Assembly (NCBI GenBank): GCA_022450665.1
Contig: JAKUPQ010000004.1
Span: 1-63,641 of the forward strand
Reading direction: 5' to 3'
Source of the DNA: Alphaproteobacteria bacterium
Lineage (GTDB): Bacteria > Pseudomonadota > Alphaproteobacteria > Rickettsiales > VGDC01
Length of the DNA: 63,641 nt
Part shown: positions 18,728 through 28,825 of the stretch, piece by piece
Layout of the letters: each line of letters opens with the position of its first letter
How positions within the stretch are numbered: the first letter of the stretch is position 1
Notes under the pieces: model-generated
What the model was told of the DNA's origin: nothing
Database searches by the model: none
Seen by the model: only the letters and a program-made list of their open reading frames with translations
Position numbers and translations under genes: made by a program

Positions 18728-20184
18728 TGCACAGATTTTGAAGCGGCAATACGGCCATCGGTCACATAATCCTCATGGTTATCATCAATATCCGAAAGCT
18801 TATAATGATAGTTCACCATAATTCCTGCCGATTGTTTCAGGCCTTTTTCTGATATGTCCCCCAGCCAGTTAATTTGCTCTAACTGCGCTCCGTTGGATAA
18901 ATGGAAATGTGCCACCGGATCTAAGGCACGTATACCCCGCTTTTCGCGGATTAAATATCGTGCAGCAAGACGCATTAATATGGGGTGTAGTAAATCTACG
19001 GTAGCTTCATCTTTATGCCATTGCGCATCAGCAAGCAGTTTACGTAAACCATCACACGCGTTTTTTTCGCCGCTGGCCGCAGTTATATCGCGTATTTCAA
19101 ACGGCATGAACAAGACATCATCCTGCCCCATTTCTAATTGATTATTCAACCATTTACAAAAACCCGGTACCGGCGACAAAGTGGCGTAAGTTTTAATGTT
19201 TTTAAACTCATGCGTAAGTTTACCTACTACGCGCTTAATCAAAAAATTGCCAAAGCTAATGCCCGCCAAGCCCTGCTGGGCATTGGAAATGGAATAAAAA
19301 ATAGCCGTATCGGTTTCCTTTACATTTTGTGTAGGCTTTGTTTCGTCTAATACGTCCTGAATATTATCCGCTAAACCTTTGGTGAAAGCCACCTGAACAA
19401 AAATAAGCGGTTCCAGCGCCATTTTATTATGGAAGAAGGCGTAAACACGACGATCTGCGTCTAAGCGATTTTTTAAATCATCCCACGAGCGTATGGCATG
19501 TACGGCTTCATAGACCATCAGTTTTTCAAGCAATTCTGCGGGCGAGCGCCATGTAATTTCTTCTAAATCGAGCAATCCCACATCAAACCATGCGGAAAGC
19601 ACATATTTCAAATCACGCTCCACCGCGCTCAAATCTGCGTCATCCCGTGCAGCGCTTAAAATTTCGCTGCGCATATCCACCAAAAATTTAAACCCATCAG
19701 GCAAAGAATTAAACTGCCGGAATAGTGTGGTGCGTGGTGCTATCAACGCTTTGCGCAAATTATGTTCGGCGCGGTGCCGGTCTTCTCCTTCTGCAATTTT
19801 AGCAAGGGTAGTCGCCTTGCGCTGTACTTCTTCATGGTCGATATCATATCCCGTAGCCAGTAACTTAAAAAATACTTTACGCCCTTTGCTATTCAATCGC
19901 AAATAGTGCCTCCCCAGCTCCACCGTGTTAGCGCGGGCGGTGACTTCTCCCCCTTTTGGCTCTAAGCTTGCAGCAATTAATTTGCTGAAATACGCCACAT
20001 CTTCCGGTGGCAGCGAGGGGTCTATGGTTTTACCGCCCACGGCGGTGCGTGCGGTAGATTTCACCTCTTGCCATGCGTGAAGCAGGTTATGCATCGCACG
20101 TCCGGTAAAGCTTGCAAGAGCGTGTGGCCGCTCTTGTGACTCATCGTTATGCTCAATTTTTACCAACGAATTATGTGGAGCCAT
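18709..20184 (-). CDS. Malonyl-CoA decarboxylase
   Basis: YEAVHAIRSWDDLKNRL, AIFYSISN, ISFGNFLIKRVV, TLSPVPGF, DPVAHFHLSNGA. Confidence 0.95.
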   Translation of the reverse strand: MAPHNSLVKIEHNDESQERPHALASFTGRAMHNLLHAWQEVKSTARTAVGGKTIDPSLPPEDVAYFSKLIAASLEPKGGEVTARANTVELGRHYLRLNSKGRKVFFKLLATGYDIDHEEVQRKATTLAKIAEGEDRHRAEHNLRKALIAPRTTLFRQFNSLPDGFKFLVDMRSEILSAARDDADLSAVERDLKYVLSAWFDVGLLDLEEITWRSPAELLEKLMVYEAVHAIRSWDDLKNRLDADRRVYAFFHNKMALEPLIFVQVAFTKGLADNIQDVLDETKPTQNVKETDTAIFYSISNAQQGLAGISFGNFLIKRVVGKLTHEFKNIKTYATLSPVPGFCKWLNNQLEMGQDDVLFMPFEIRDITAASGEKNACDGLRKLLADAQWHKDEATVDLLHPILMRLAARYLIREKRGIRALDPVAHFHLSNGAQLEQINWLGDISEKGLKQSAGIMVNYHYKLSDIDDNHEDYVTDGRIAASKSVHQWARG

Positions 20185-21676
20185 CGGTTATGCTTTCTTC
20201 TAATGTTTGCCATATGCGCGGAAGTATATCCGGCAAATCTTCGGCGATCAATCCCGCACCAAAATAACGTGCAGCGGCACTATGCATCCACACAGCAGCG
20301 CTGGCAGCTTCAAAAGCCGGCATATTGGCAGCTAGCAGACCACAACATATACCTGCCAAAACGTCACCCGTGCCCGCCGTTGCCAACCATGGGCTGGTTT
20401 CAATATTTACGCTTACGCGGCCATCGGGTGCTGCAACTACCGTGTCCGAACCTTTTAAAACCACCACGGCATTGCTTAATTCTGCAGCATGGCGGGTAAG
20501 TGAAATTTTATCGCTTGAATGGTATGCAGCATTGCCAAACAAGCGGGCAAATTCGCCTCCGTGAGGGGTAAGTATTGCGGGTACGTTTTGTAAAATATCA
20601 AATATAGGCTGTGGGTTTTGTGCAGCTACGCTCAGCGCATCTGCATCCATCACCACGGGTTTTTTGAGCTTAAGCGCCGCAAGAAGCTTCTCGTGCGTGT
20701 CAGAGTTTACCCCTGCCCCAGGGCCAATCAAAAATGCGGTTATGCGCGGATCTTTCAGTAAGTCCACCAAGCCTTCAATATCCACAATGGGGCGCGTCAT
20801 TACGGCCTCCAATGCGGCGGCATACACCGGCAAAGCCTCACGGCTGCATGTAATACTTACCAGCCCGGCTCCCGAACGTAATGCTGCACGTGCCGCCAAC
20901 CTTGCTGCGCCCGTATAAGCAACCGCCCCACCCTGCACTACCGCATGACCACGCGTGAATTTATGGCTGTCACAATGCGGCCATGGCAACATGTTTTGCC
21001 ACAAAAGCGGGGTGTTTTCATGAACATTCAGCTTTTCTTTGTCCAATGCATCAGGGGCAATACCAATATCGACCACCACCACCTCACCGCAATGTTTTGC
21101 CCCCGGAAGCAATACATGGCCAAACTTTTTGCGGTGAAAAGTTATGGTAGTTTGTGCTTGCACCGCGCATCCCATTATCTGCCCGGTATCACCATCAATG
21201 CCACTGGCGATATCCACTGCAACGCAAGGCAAGCGCAACCGGTTCAGCTTTTCAATCACCTCTGCGGCCACGCCACTGATGGGTCGCGAAATCCCCGTAC
21301 CGAATAGCGCATCTACGACCAAGCCGCGTTCATTAAGTAAGAAGGGATGCAGCGGGTGTACTTCGCCGTTATATTTTGCAGCCATTATAGCCGCATCGCC
21401 GCTAAGCGCATCCATTTCGCCCAACAAACCAACACGCACCGGCCATCCTTTGTTATGCAGCGCTTGCGCCACCACAAACCCGTCACCACCATTATTTCCT
21501 GGCCCCACAAGCACGACTACCGGTTGCCTATCAAAGCGTTGCATTACCTGCGCGGCCACCGCCGTTCCGGCACGCTGCATCAAAGTTGCGCCGTCTGTGC
21601 CATTTTCAATAGTATAGCGATCTGCCGCAGCCATTTGCGATGTGGATAATAAAATATGCGCATTTAAATCATTCAT
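20171..21676 (-). CDS. nnr: Bifunctional NAD(P)HX epimerase/dehydratase
   Basis: GPGNNGGDG, DALFGTG, GPGAG, DADAL, LTPHGGEFARL, LATAGTGDVLAG. Confidence 0.95.
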   Translation of the reverse strand: MNDLNAHILLSTSQMAAADRYTIENGTDGATLMQRAGTAVAAQVMQRFDRQPVVVLVGPGNNGGDGFVVAQALHNKGWPVRVGLLGEMDALSGDAAIMAAKYNGEVHPLHPFLLNERGLVVDALFGTGISRPISGVAAEVIEKLNRLRLPCVAVDIASGIDGDTGQIMGCAVQAQTTITFHRKKFGHVLLPGAKHCGEVVVVDIGIAPDALDKEKLNVHENTPLLWQNMLPWPHCDSHKFTRGHAVVQGGAVAYTGAARLAARAALRSGAGLVSITCSREALPVYAAALEAVMTRPIVDIEGLVDLLKDPRITAFLIGPGAGVNSDTHEKLLAALKLKKPVVMDADALSVAAQNPQPIFDILQNVPAILTPHGGEFARLFGNAAYHSSDKISLTRHAAELSNAVVVLKGSDTVVAAPDGRVSVNIETSPWLATAGTGDVLAGICCGLLAANMPAFEAASAAVWMHSAAARYFGAGLIAEDLPDILPRIWQTLEESITDGST

Positions 21677-21757
21677 TTTTTAATGATACCGCAGCGATTT
21701 TAAAATGCCAGCGCGAAACCACTTGCAAGAAAGCTACAGTGCTGGCAATCTAGTCAA

Positions 21758-23776
21758 ATGCGACAAGGAGTCCCTATTACGATGCAAAGATGGCGTCATC
21801 TCTATCTACACTGTTTTACAGCATTATGCTTGCTGACTGCGCCGATTCCGGCCAATGCGGCGAATAGCTATCAAAGTCAACTCAGCGCCAGTGACCGCAC
21901 CCATGCGAAAAGCGCATTTTATTTTTCCGAGCGCGAAAATTGGTATGAGGCCATACAGCATGCGAGCCGTGCGCAAAACCCTATATTACGTGATTATCTG
22001 ACATGGCAGGCCATGCTTCAGGAGCGCAATGGCTTTGATTTTTCAGGCTATGAAGCATTTTTAAAACGCAATCCAAATTGGCCACGCGAAAGTCGATTAA
22101 TCCTGCGTGCTGAAGGTTTATTGTTTGAAGGCGATGCCGCAAATTTATCCAATGCCCAACTACTGCAATGGTTTGCAGCCCACCCACCCATCAGTGGCAA
22201 AGGCCGTTTAGTATACGCAAATGCTCTTAAAGCGGCAAACCAGCAGCCGGTAAAAGTTCAGGAGCTTATCCGAGAAGCGTGGATTAATGGGGATTTTGAC
22301 ATTACCCAAGAAAAGCTTATTCAGCTGCGCTATGCGAAAACCCTGCGCCAAACCGAGCATATTGCCCGCATTGATCGTCTGATATGGGAAGGAAAATATA
22401 CTGCTGCCGAGCGTATGCTTTTTGCTTTACCAGCTGCAGAGAAGCTTTTGTATAAAGCGCGGCTGGCACTCGCTACTAATGCTTCCGATGTTAATGGCGC
22501 TATCGCACGCGTACCCGCCAATCTCAAAAACAACGATGGCTTGCTGTATGAGCGCATGAAATGGCGACAGCGCAACGGGCTGGATGAAGGCGTTCAGGAA
22601 ATTTTGCTGGCGGCCCCCGCTACCGTTGCGTATCCAGAAAAATGGTGGCGGCCACGCCATATTCAGGTACGCGAAGCGCTGGAAAAAGGCCGCCCATCTT
22701 TTGCACTAAAGCTTCTGAGCAATCACGGTCAGGTCGATGGCATAGGTCAGGCGGAGGCCCTGTGGCTGCAAGGGTGGATTACGCTGCAATACATGGAAAA
22801 ACCCCAAGAAGCACTTGGCTATTTCACAGCGCTTGAAAAAGCGGTTTCTTATCCGGTCAGTAAATCCCGCGCACAATATTGGATGGGTCGCAGCGCTCAG
22901 GCCATGGGCAATAGCACTTTAGCCCAGAAGTGGTACCTAGAAGCTGCAAAGCACAACACCACATTCTATGGTCAATTAGCCGCACAGAAACTGCATAAAA
23001 ATGCCAAAATGCAATTACCCCACACTCCTCGCCCTACGGCAGATCAATTAAAGAGTTTTTTAGCTGATCCACGGGTGAAAGCGGTGTATATGTTGGCAGA
23101 AATGGGGCGGTCTGACGACAGCTATATATTCATTGGGCATTTAGCCGATAATGCCACCACGCATGTCGCCGCCCAACTTACAGCAGAGCTTGCCACCGCC
23201 ATTAACCGGCAGGATTTTGGTGTGCAGGCATCGAAAGATGTGCTGAAAAACCACATTGTATTGCCCCAAACCAGCTATCCGTTCTACCGCCTCACTTTCC
23301 GTCCCATGATAGAAGAACCACTCATGTGGGCTATCACAAGACAAGAAAGCTTGTTCAATCCCACGGTTCAAAGTAGCGCCGGTGCAAAAGGAATGATGCA
23401 GCTATTGCCCTCTACAGCGCGTGAGGTCGCTCGTAAAAATGACATAGCCTATCAACCCCAGCATCTTGAGAATCCGATATATAACCTACGCTTGGGTAAT
23501 TTATATCTTGGCAGCATGGTAGAAAGCTTTGATGGATCTTACATTTTGGCCATCGCCGCTTATAATGCCGGGCCAGGTCGGGTACGGCAATGGATCTCAG
23601 AATTTGGCCGTCCGGGTAATACCCCTGAAGCTGCAATAGACTGGATAGAGCGCATACCCTACAGCGAAACCCGCAATTATGTGCAGCGCGTATTAGAAAA
23701 TTTGCAAGTTTACCGCGCCATTGTCACCCCTCGTCAAGGACAAATAATCCAGATTGAGCGCGACCTGACTCGCTGA
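21758..23776 (+). CDS. Soluble lytic murein transglycosylase (Slt70-like)
   Basis: Signal peptide, helical repeats, RQES, GMMQL, AAYNAG, IPYSETRNYV. Confidence 0.95.
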   Translation: MRQGVPITMQRWRHLYLHCFTALCLLTAPIPANAANSYQSQLSASDRTHAKSAFYFSERENWYEAIQHASRAQNPILRDYLTWQAMLQERNGFDFSGYEAFLKRNPNWPRESRLILRAEGLLFEGDAANLSNAQLLQWFAAHPPISGKGRLVYANALKAANQQPVKVQELIREAWINGDFDITQEKLIQLRYAKTLRQTEHIARIDRLIWEGKYTAAERMLFALPAAEKLLYKARLALATNASDVNGAIARVPANLKNNDGLLYERMKWRQRNGLDEGVQEILLAAPATVAYPEKWWRPRHIQVREALEKGRPSFALKLLSNHGQVDGIGQAEALWLQGWITLQYMEKPQEALGYFTALEKAVSYPVSKSRAQYWMGRSAQAMGNSTLAQKWYLEAAKHNTTFYGQLAAQKLHKNAKMQLPHTPRPTADQLKSFLADPRVKAVYMLAEMGRSDDSYIFIGHLADNATTHVAAQLTAELATAINRQDFGVQASKDVLKNHIVLPQTSYPFYRLTFRPMIEEPLMWAITRQESLFNPTVQSSAGAKGMMQLLPSTAREVARKNDIAYQPQHLENPIYNLRLGNLYLGSMVESFDGSYILAIAAYNAGPGRVRQWISEFGRPGNTPEAAIDWIERIPYSETRNYVQRVLENLQVYRAIVTPRQGQIIQIERDLTR

Positions 23777-24013
23777 TTACCATTTTTGCCCTTGCGGCAT
23801 TTGGTTATCTTCGTAGGTTCCCCATGGAATTACATAGTTGTCATCGTTATCCGAGGGATAATTGCCATATAAGCTATTGCTGCTGCGGCCAGTACCATAA
23901 TAATACGAGTTCCACGAATCATCACGCGGCCCCAAACAGGCAGCAAGCAATATTGTGGTGGAAAAGATCATTAACAGGCCACACACAGGCCATTTTAGCT
24001 TGAGATAAGTCAT
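23777..24013 (-). CDS. Small putative lipoprotein
   Basis: Hydrophobic stretch plus LAAC lipobox; WNSYYYG and DDNY motifs shared with the neighbour. Confidence 0.65.
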   Translation of the reverse strand: MTYLKLKWPVCGLLMIFSTTILLAACLGPRDDSWNSYYYGTGRSSNSLYGNYPSDNDDNYVIPWGTYEDNQMPQGQKW

Positions 24014-24108
24014 TGTACCAATTGTAATTGTTATTAAAAGGGCGGGCATGCCGCTTTGGTCAAAGACTATTAGCACTATTTGAAGCAAGGCAGAAGTAGA
24101 AAAAACAC

Positions 24109-24387
24109 TTAGCGCATACGGTTGCCGTGCATAAGGCTATCTACTTGCAAACTACGATCCTCACCTGTAAACGTCATATCACTTGGCAAACGATAATTAT
24201 CGTCAACATCTTTACCACTGTAATAAGAGATTCCCTGCTCGATTTGCGGGGTAGAGCCATAATAATATGAACTCCACTGCTCAGGTTGTTGTGGGGCACA
24301 CGCCGCCGTATAGCCCATAAGCAGCGCAGCAACAAGCGTCATGGCATATCCGCAAAGCTCTGGCAATTTTTCCCGTAGCAGGATCAT
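24109..24387 (-). CDS. Small putative lipoprotein, paralog of the downstream gene
   Basis: TAAC lipobox-like; WSSYYYG and DDNY motifs. Confidence 0.65.
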   Translation of the reverse strand: MILLREKLPELCGYAMTLVAALLMGYTAACAPQQPEQWSSYYYGSTPQIEQGISYYSGKDVDDNYRLPSDMTFTGEDRSLQVDSLMHGNRMR

Positions 24388-24564
24388 GATAAAAAATAAC
24401 TTTTTTGTTAAGAATTTTTTTTACCATAAATATCGAAAAAGAGAAACCAGGAAACGCAAATAGGCGGAATTTTGCGGTTATACTTGCTCTGTAACCCGTA
24501 ACCTGTATACTGTGGCGCAAGAAAACAAACTGTTAGATGTTTATAATTTATTCAATGTTCTTAA

Positions 24565-25080
24565 ATGGTTAAAAAGACATTTCATGCCGCCATTTTGTTT
24601 GCTGTGTTGTTTGCAACATGGTTTGCGCTTTCTGGCATTTCGAGTAAATTATTTCTGATTTACGGGGCGATAAGCTGTACTCTCGCCACCCTTCTCACCT
24701 TACGAATGCATGTACTGGATAACGAAGGCCACCCGTTTCATCTTGCCATTGCCGCGCCGCTATACTGGCTGTGGCTATTTAAAGAAATGATTAAGTCAGG
24801 GCTTAGTGTTACCCGCGCCGTATGGTCGCCATGGCATAAGATCACCCCCAATTTTGCATGGGTTCCAAGCACACAACACTGCGATTTAGGGCGCACAATC
24901 TTTGCCAATTCTATCACCCTCACCCCCGGCACCGTATGTGTGGATATTGATAAGAAAAAAGCATTCGTTCATGCCCTTGAGCAAGCTTCGGTGGACGATT
25001 TAAACGAAGGCACAATGGATCGCAGCGTAACCCGACTGACCTCTGGTAAACATCACTCCAAAAAGAAGGGTCATGGATGA
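24565..25080 (+). CDS. mnhE: Mrp/Mnh Na+/H+ antiporter subunit E
   Basis: ANSITLTPGT, VHAL. Confidence 0.92.
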   Translation: MVKKTFHAAILFAVLFATWFALSGISSKLFLIYGAISCTLATLLTLRMHVLDNEGHPFHLAIAAPLYWLWLFKEMIKSGLSVTRAVWSPWHKITPNFAWVPSTQHCDLGRTIFANSITLTPGTVCVDIDKKKAFVHALEQASVDDLNEGTMDRSVTRLTSGKHHSKKKGHG

Positions 25081-25343
25081 TTTATGTTATCGCCATTGTG
25101 GCCATGCTTATTGGAATGGGCTTGATTTTAGTGCGTGCTCTCAGAGGTCCTACTGCCTATGATCGCATCTTATCTGCCAATATTTTTGGCACAGCCACGG
25201 TGTTAACCATTGCCTTATTTTCCGAACTTAAATCCGATCCAATGCTACTCGACATGGCGCTGCTATACGGATTGATTAATTTTGTCGCAACCATTGCGTT
25301 GCTACGTTATTTCAAATTCGGAGGGTTCGATGATCGCGATTGA
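25077..25343 (+). CDS. mnhF: Mrp/Mnh antiporter subunit F
   Basis: RALRGPTAYDRIL; 3 TM. Confidence 0.92.
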   Translation: MIYVIAIVAMLIGMGLILVRALRGPTAYDRILSANIFGTATVLTIALFSELKSDPMLLDMALLYGLINFVATIALLRYFKFGGFDDRD

Positions 25344-25713
25344 TACCCTTATTATCTGGGCAGGAAACGGTCTGATATTATTGGGTGCATTTTTTGTACT
25401 AACGGGGGCGCTGGGCATCTTGCGCATGCCGGATTTCTTCTCGCGTTTGCATCCTGCTGGAGTAACCGATTCATTAGGCGTTACTTTCATTATATTTGGC
25501 CTTATTTTACACACCGGCTTCACGCTTACCAGCGCCAAACTGCTATTGCTTATGCTATTTATTTTGCTTACCAGCCCCACTGCCTGTCATGCGCTGGCAA
25601 AATCCGCATTTTTGTCGGGCATGGCTGATGAAGACATAAAAAAGCTTAAACACGCCAAATCTGGAGAGTCAGTAAAACGCACCACGAATTCTAAGAAGGA
25701 TAAATCTTCATGA
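25330..25713 (+). CDS. mnhG: Mrp/Mnh antiporter subunit G
   Basis: GILRMPDFFSRLH, TSPTACHALA; start at MIAID. Confidence 0.92.
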   Translation: MIAIDTLIIWAGNGLILLGAFFVLTGALGILRMPDFFSRLHPAGVTDSLGVTFIIFGLILHTGFTLTSAKLLLLMLFILLTSPTACHALAKSAFLSGMADEDIKKLKHAKSGESVKRTTNSKKDKSS

Positions 25714-26489
25714 ATACGTGGATGGAAAAATTTTCTGGCATCAGCGATTATGTGGCAATTGATTGGATTGCCATGACGCTGCTAATTATCTCGGCATTTA
25801 TGGCTATCCGTATGCGCGATTTATTAGCATCCTCGGTTATGCTGGGGGTGTTTTCGCTATTGATGGCGCTGATATATCTGTTGCTGGATGCACCTGACGT
25901 AGCCTTAACCGAAGCTGCTGTAGGCGCGGGCATCAGCACCGTATTATTTCTTGGCACGTTATCCTTCACTGAGCGCGAACACGAAATTGCACCAATAAAG
26001 CGCCGCATCGTGCCTTTGCTCGTAGTAATTTTAGTAGGCTCGGCATTGATAATTGCTACGGCAGACCTCCCACCTTTCGGCGCTGCTGACAGCCCTATGC
26101 ATCAACATACTGCTCCCTATTACATTGAAAACACCCGTACGGATATTGATATCCCTAATATGGTAACGGCGGTATTAGCAAGCTATCGCGGATTTGATAC
26201 CATGGGCGAAGTCGGCGTAATTTTCACTGCCGGCATCAGCATTACCGCTTTACTCATGAACCTACCGCAACTTCGCAGCACTCCTGCGTCTCCTCCCACC
26301 CAAACTCCGGCATCCATTCCACAAACGCCGCCTGTATCCGAAAAGTCTAAACGCAAGACGACTACACGGCGCAAAAAAACACGGGCAGAAATTAAAAAAA
26401 CTTCAAGTAGCGCAAGTTCACCCCCTTCAAAAGCTGCAACTAAGAAAAAATCCTCATCCCCGCGCATTAAAAAAGGGGGCAAATCATGA
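25710..26489 (+). CDS. Mrp/Mnh DUF4040-containing subunit with a basic C-terminal tail
   Basis: APDVALTEAAVGAG, NMVTAVLASYRGFDTMGE. Confidence 0.88.
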   Translation: MNTWMEKFSGISDYVAIDWIAMTLLIISAFMAIRMRDLLASSVMLGVFSLLMALIYLLLDAPDVALTEAAVGAGISTVLFLGTLSFTEREHEIAPIKRRIVPLLVVILVGSALIIATADLPPFGAADSPMHQHTAPYYIENTRTDIDIPNMVTAVLASYRGFDTMGEVGVIFTAGISITALLMNLPQLRSTPASPPTQTPASIPQTPPVSEKSKRKTTTRRKKTRAEIKKTSSSASSPPSKAATKKKSSSPRIKKGGKS

Positions 26490-26926
26490 AAGAGATAGCC
26501 GTTCTGCGCGTGGTAACCAAACTTGTGATTCCGTTTATTGCCCTTTTTGGCTTTTATATTCAGTTACACGGAGAAATCAGCCCGGGCGGAGGGTTTCAAT
26601 CTGGTGTAGTAATTGCTGCCAGCATCATTATCTATGGTTTGGTGTTTGGCATTACTGCCGCGCAAAAAGCTTATCCCCGTGGGCTGGCAATTCGCCTAAG
26701 TGCGCTTGGATTGCTGATTTACACCGGAATGGCCGCTTATACTGTATATGCAGGTGGCGAAATGCTTAATTACTCGGTCATTGCTCACGATGCCATTCAC
26801 GGCCAACATAATGGCATATTCATTATCGAACTTGGGGTGTGCATTACCGTTACCAATGTCATGGTGCTGATTTATTATATGTTCGGCTCTCACCAACTCA
26901 CCCTGTCCAGCAGAAAGGATAAGTAA
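26486..26926 (+). CDS. mnhB: Mrp/Mnh antiporter subunit B
   Basis: HGEISPGGGFQSG. Confidence 0.92.
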   Translation: MKEIAVLRVVTKLVIPFIALFGFYIQLHGEISPGGGFQSGVVIAASIIIYGLVFGITAAQKAYPRGLAIRLSALGLLIYTGMAAYTVYAGGEMLNYSVIAHDAIHGQHNGIFIIELGVCITVTNVMVLIYYMFGSHQLTLSSRKDK

Positions 26927-27327
26927 TGTTTGCAGATCATTATCCTTATTGGATCAGCATTGTGTTGATGATGAGCGGATTTTATGCGGTGATGGCATCA
27001 TCTAATCTCATAAAAAAGCTAATCGGGCTATCGCTCTTCCAAACATCGGTATTGTTGTTTTATGTAGCGGCAGGCAAAGTTGCGGGTGGCACAACACCTA
27101 TTTATCGCGATGGCGTTGAAATTGTATATTCTAACCCGCTCCCACAAGTGTTAATGCTCACAGCTATTGTAGTGGGCGTAGCAACACTTGCGGTGGGGCT
27201 TGCTATTGTAGTGCGCATTCGTGGCAGTTATGGATCTATCGAAGAAGATGTGTTGATAGAGCGCGATAAAGCACAAATTAAACACAGCATCGACTTGCCC
27301 GAAAAAGGAGAAGTCAATGTTGACTGA
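26926..27327 (+). CDS. mnhC: Mrp/Mnh antiporter subunit C
   Basis: NPLPQVLMLTAIVVG. Confidence 0.93.
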   Translation: MFADHYPYWISIVLMMSGFYAVMASSNLIKKLIGLSLFQTSVLLFYVAAGKVAGGTTPIYRDGVEIVYSNPLPQVLMLTAIVVGVATLAVGLAIVVRIRGSYGSIEEDVLIERDKAQIKHSIDLPEKGEVNVD

Positions 27328-28825
27328 TCTGCCCGCATTGCAAGTATTGCTGCCGCTATTCACAGCACCGCTATGTGTGATTTTTTCACGCTTTGGCAAG
27401 GTTGCGTGGCTGCTTTCTACTGTGGCGGTGTGGTTAGTGGCGGCGATGTGTATCACTACCTTTTTTCAGGTATATGATAGCAAAGAAGTGCTTACCTATC
27501 ATATGGGTGGCTGGCAACCGCCTTATGGCATCGAATATCGCATTGACCTGCTCAGTGCCACTATGCTGGCCTTAGTAAGCATGATAGGCGCTATGGTAAT
27601 GCCTTATGCCATGCGCAGTGTAAACGAAGAAATAGCGCGTGAGCGGCAGCCCTATTTTTATGCTGCATTCTTGCTTTGCCTAAGTGGACTCCTTGGAATT
27701 TTATCTACCAACGATGCATTTAACCTCTATGTTTTCTTAGAAATTTCTTCGCTCTCATCTTATGCACTCATCGCCATGGGACGCGACAGGCGCGCCCTAA
27801 CCGCAGCGTTTCAATATCTTATGTTAGGTACAATAGGCGCAACCTTTATCTTAATTGGTATTGGCTACCTCTATCTAATGACCGGCACATTGAATATTAG
27901 CGATTTATCAACCCGCATCAGCGGCATTGAAGATACGCGTCCTGTATTAGTGGCATTTGCCTTTTTGGCGGTGGGTTTATGCATGAAAATTGCCTTATAT
28001 CCGCTGCATATGTGGTTACCTAATGCCTATGCCTATGCGCCTTCTGTTATTTCTGCTTTTCTGGCCGCCGTGGCCACTAAGGTAGGGGTGTATGCCGTGC
28101 TACGCTTTTTCTATACCCTGTTTGGTTATGAATATTCATTCAACGGCATGCATCTTGCACTTATTTTTACGGCGCTTGCAATTCCGGCTATGCTTATCGG
28201 CTCAACGGTTGCCATTTTTCAAAATAATCTCAAACGCATGCTAGCATTTTCATCTATTGCGCAAATCGGTTACATTACGCTGGGTATTGGCCTTGATTCG
28301 ACCAATGGCTTAACCGCCGCTATCGTGCATATGATTAATCACAGCGTTATTAAATTCACATTGTTTTTGGCGCTGGGCTGTTTTGCGTTACGGTTGGGCA
28401 GTAAAGTTAATCTCAATAGCGTGCGTGGCATTGGCAAGCACATGCCTTTTACCAGCCTGGCATTTGTTATTGGTGGCATTGCTTTGATAGGCGTTCCACT
28501 TACCAACGGCTTTATTAGTAAATGGTATCTACTCACCGCCTCCCTCGATCATGGCTGGTGGTTGATTACCGTGGTTATCGTCATTTGCTCGCTACTGGCG
28601 CTTACCTATGTTTGGCGTGTGGTAGAAGCCATTTATTTTGGCACTTTGAACGAAAAATTCGATCAAACAATTGAAGCGCCTGCTTCGATGGTAATTCCAT
28701 TGTGGATAATGGTTGGCGTGATTGTGTGGCTTGGGGTAGACACCCGCTATACCGTTGGTGTAGCGGAAATAATCGTGCAAAACCTCATGCCATTGAACCT
28801 AAATACTACGGGAGGCGGCGTATGA
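27317..28825 (+). CDS. mnhD: Mrp/Mnh antiporter subunit D
   Basis: DAFNLYVFLEI, PLHMWLPNAY, KRMLAFSS. Confidence 0.92.
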   Translation: MLTDLPALQVLLPLFTAPLCVIFSRFGKVAWLLSTVAVWLVAAMCITTFFQVYDSKEVLTYHMGGWQPPYGIEYRIDLLSATMLALVSMIGAMVMPYAMRSVNEEIARERQPYFYAAFLLCLSGLLGILSTNDAFNLYVFLEISSLSSYALIAMGRDRRALTAAFQYLMLGTIGATFILIGIGYLYLMTGTLNISDLSTRISGIEDTRPVLVAFAFLAVGLCMKIALYPLHMWLPNAYAYAPSVISAFLAAVATKVGVYAVLRFFYTLFGYEYSFNGMHLALIFTALAIPAMLIGSTVAIFQNNLKRMLAFSSIAQIGYITLGIGLDSTNGLTAAIVHMINHSVIKFTLFLALGCFALRLGSKVNLNSVRGIGKHMPFTSLAFVIGGIALIGVPLTNGFISKWYLLTASLDHGWWLITVVIVICSLLALTYVWRVVEAIYFGTLNEKFDQTIEAPASMVIPLWIMVGVIVWLGVDTRYTVGVAEIIVQNLMPLNLNTTGGGV

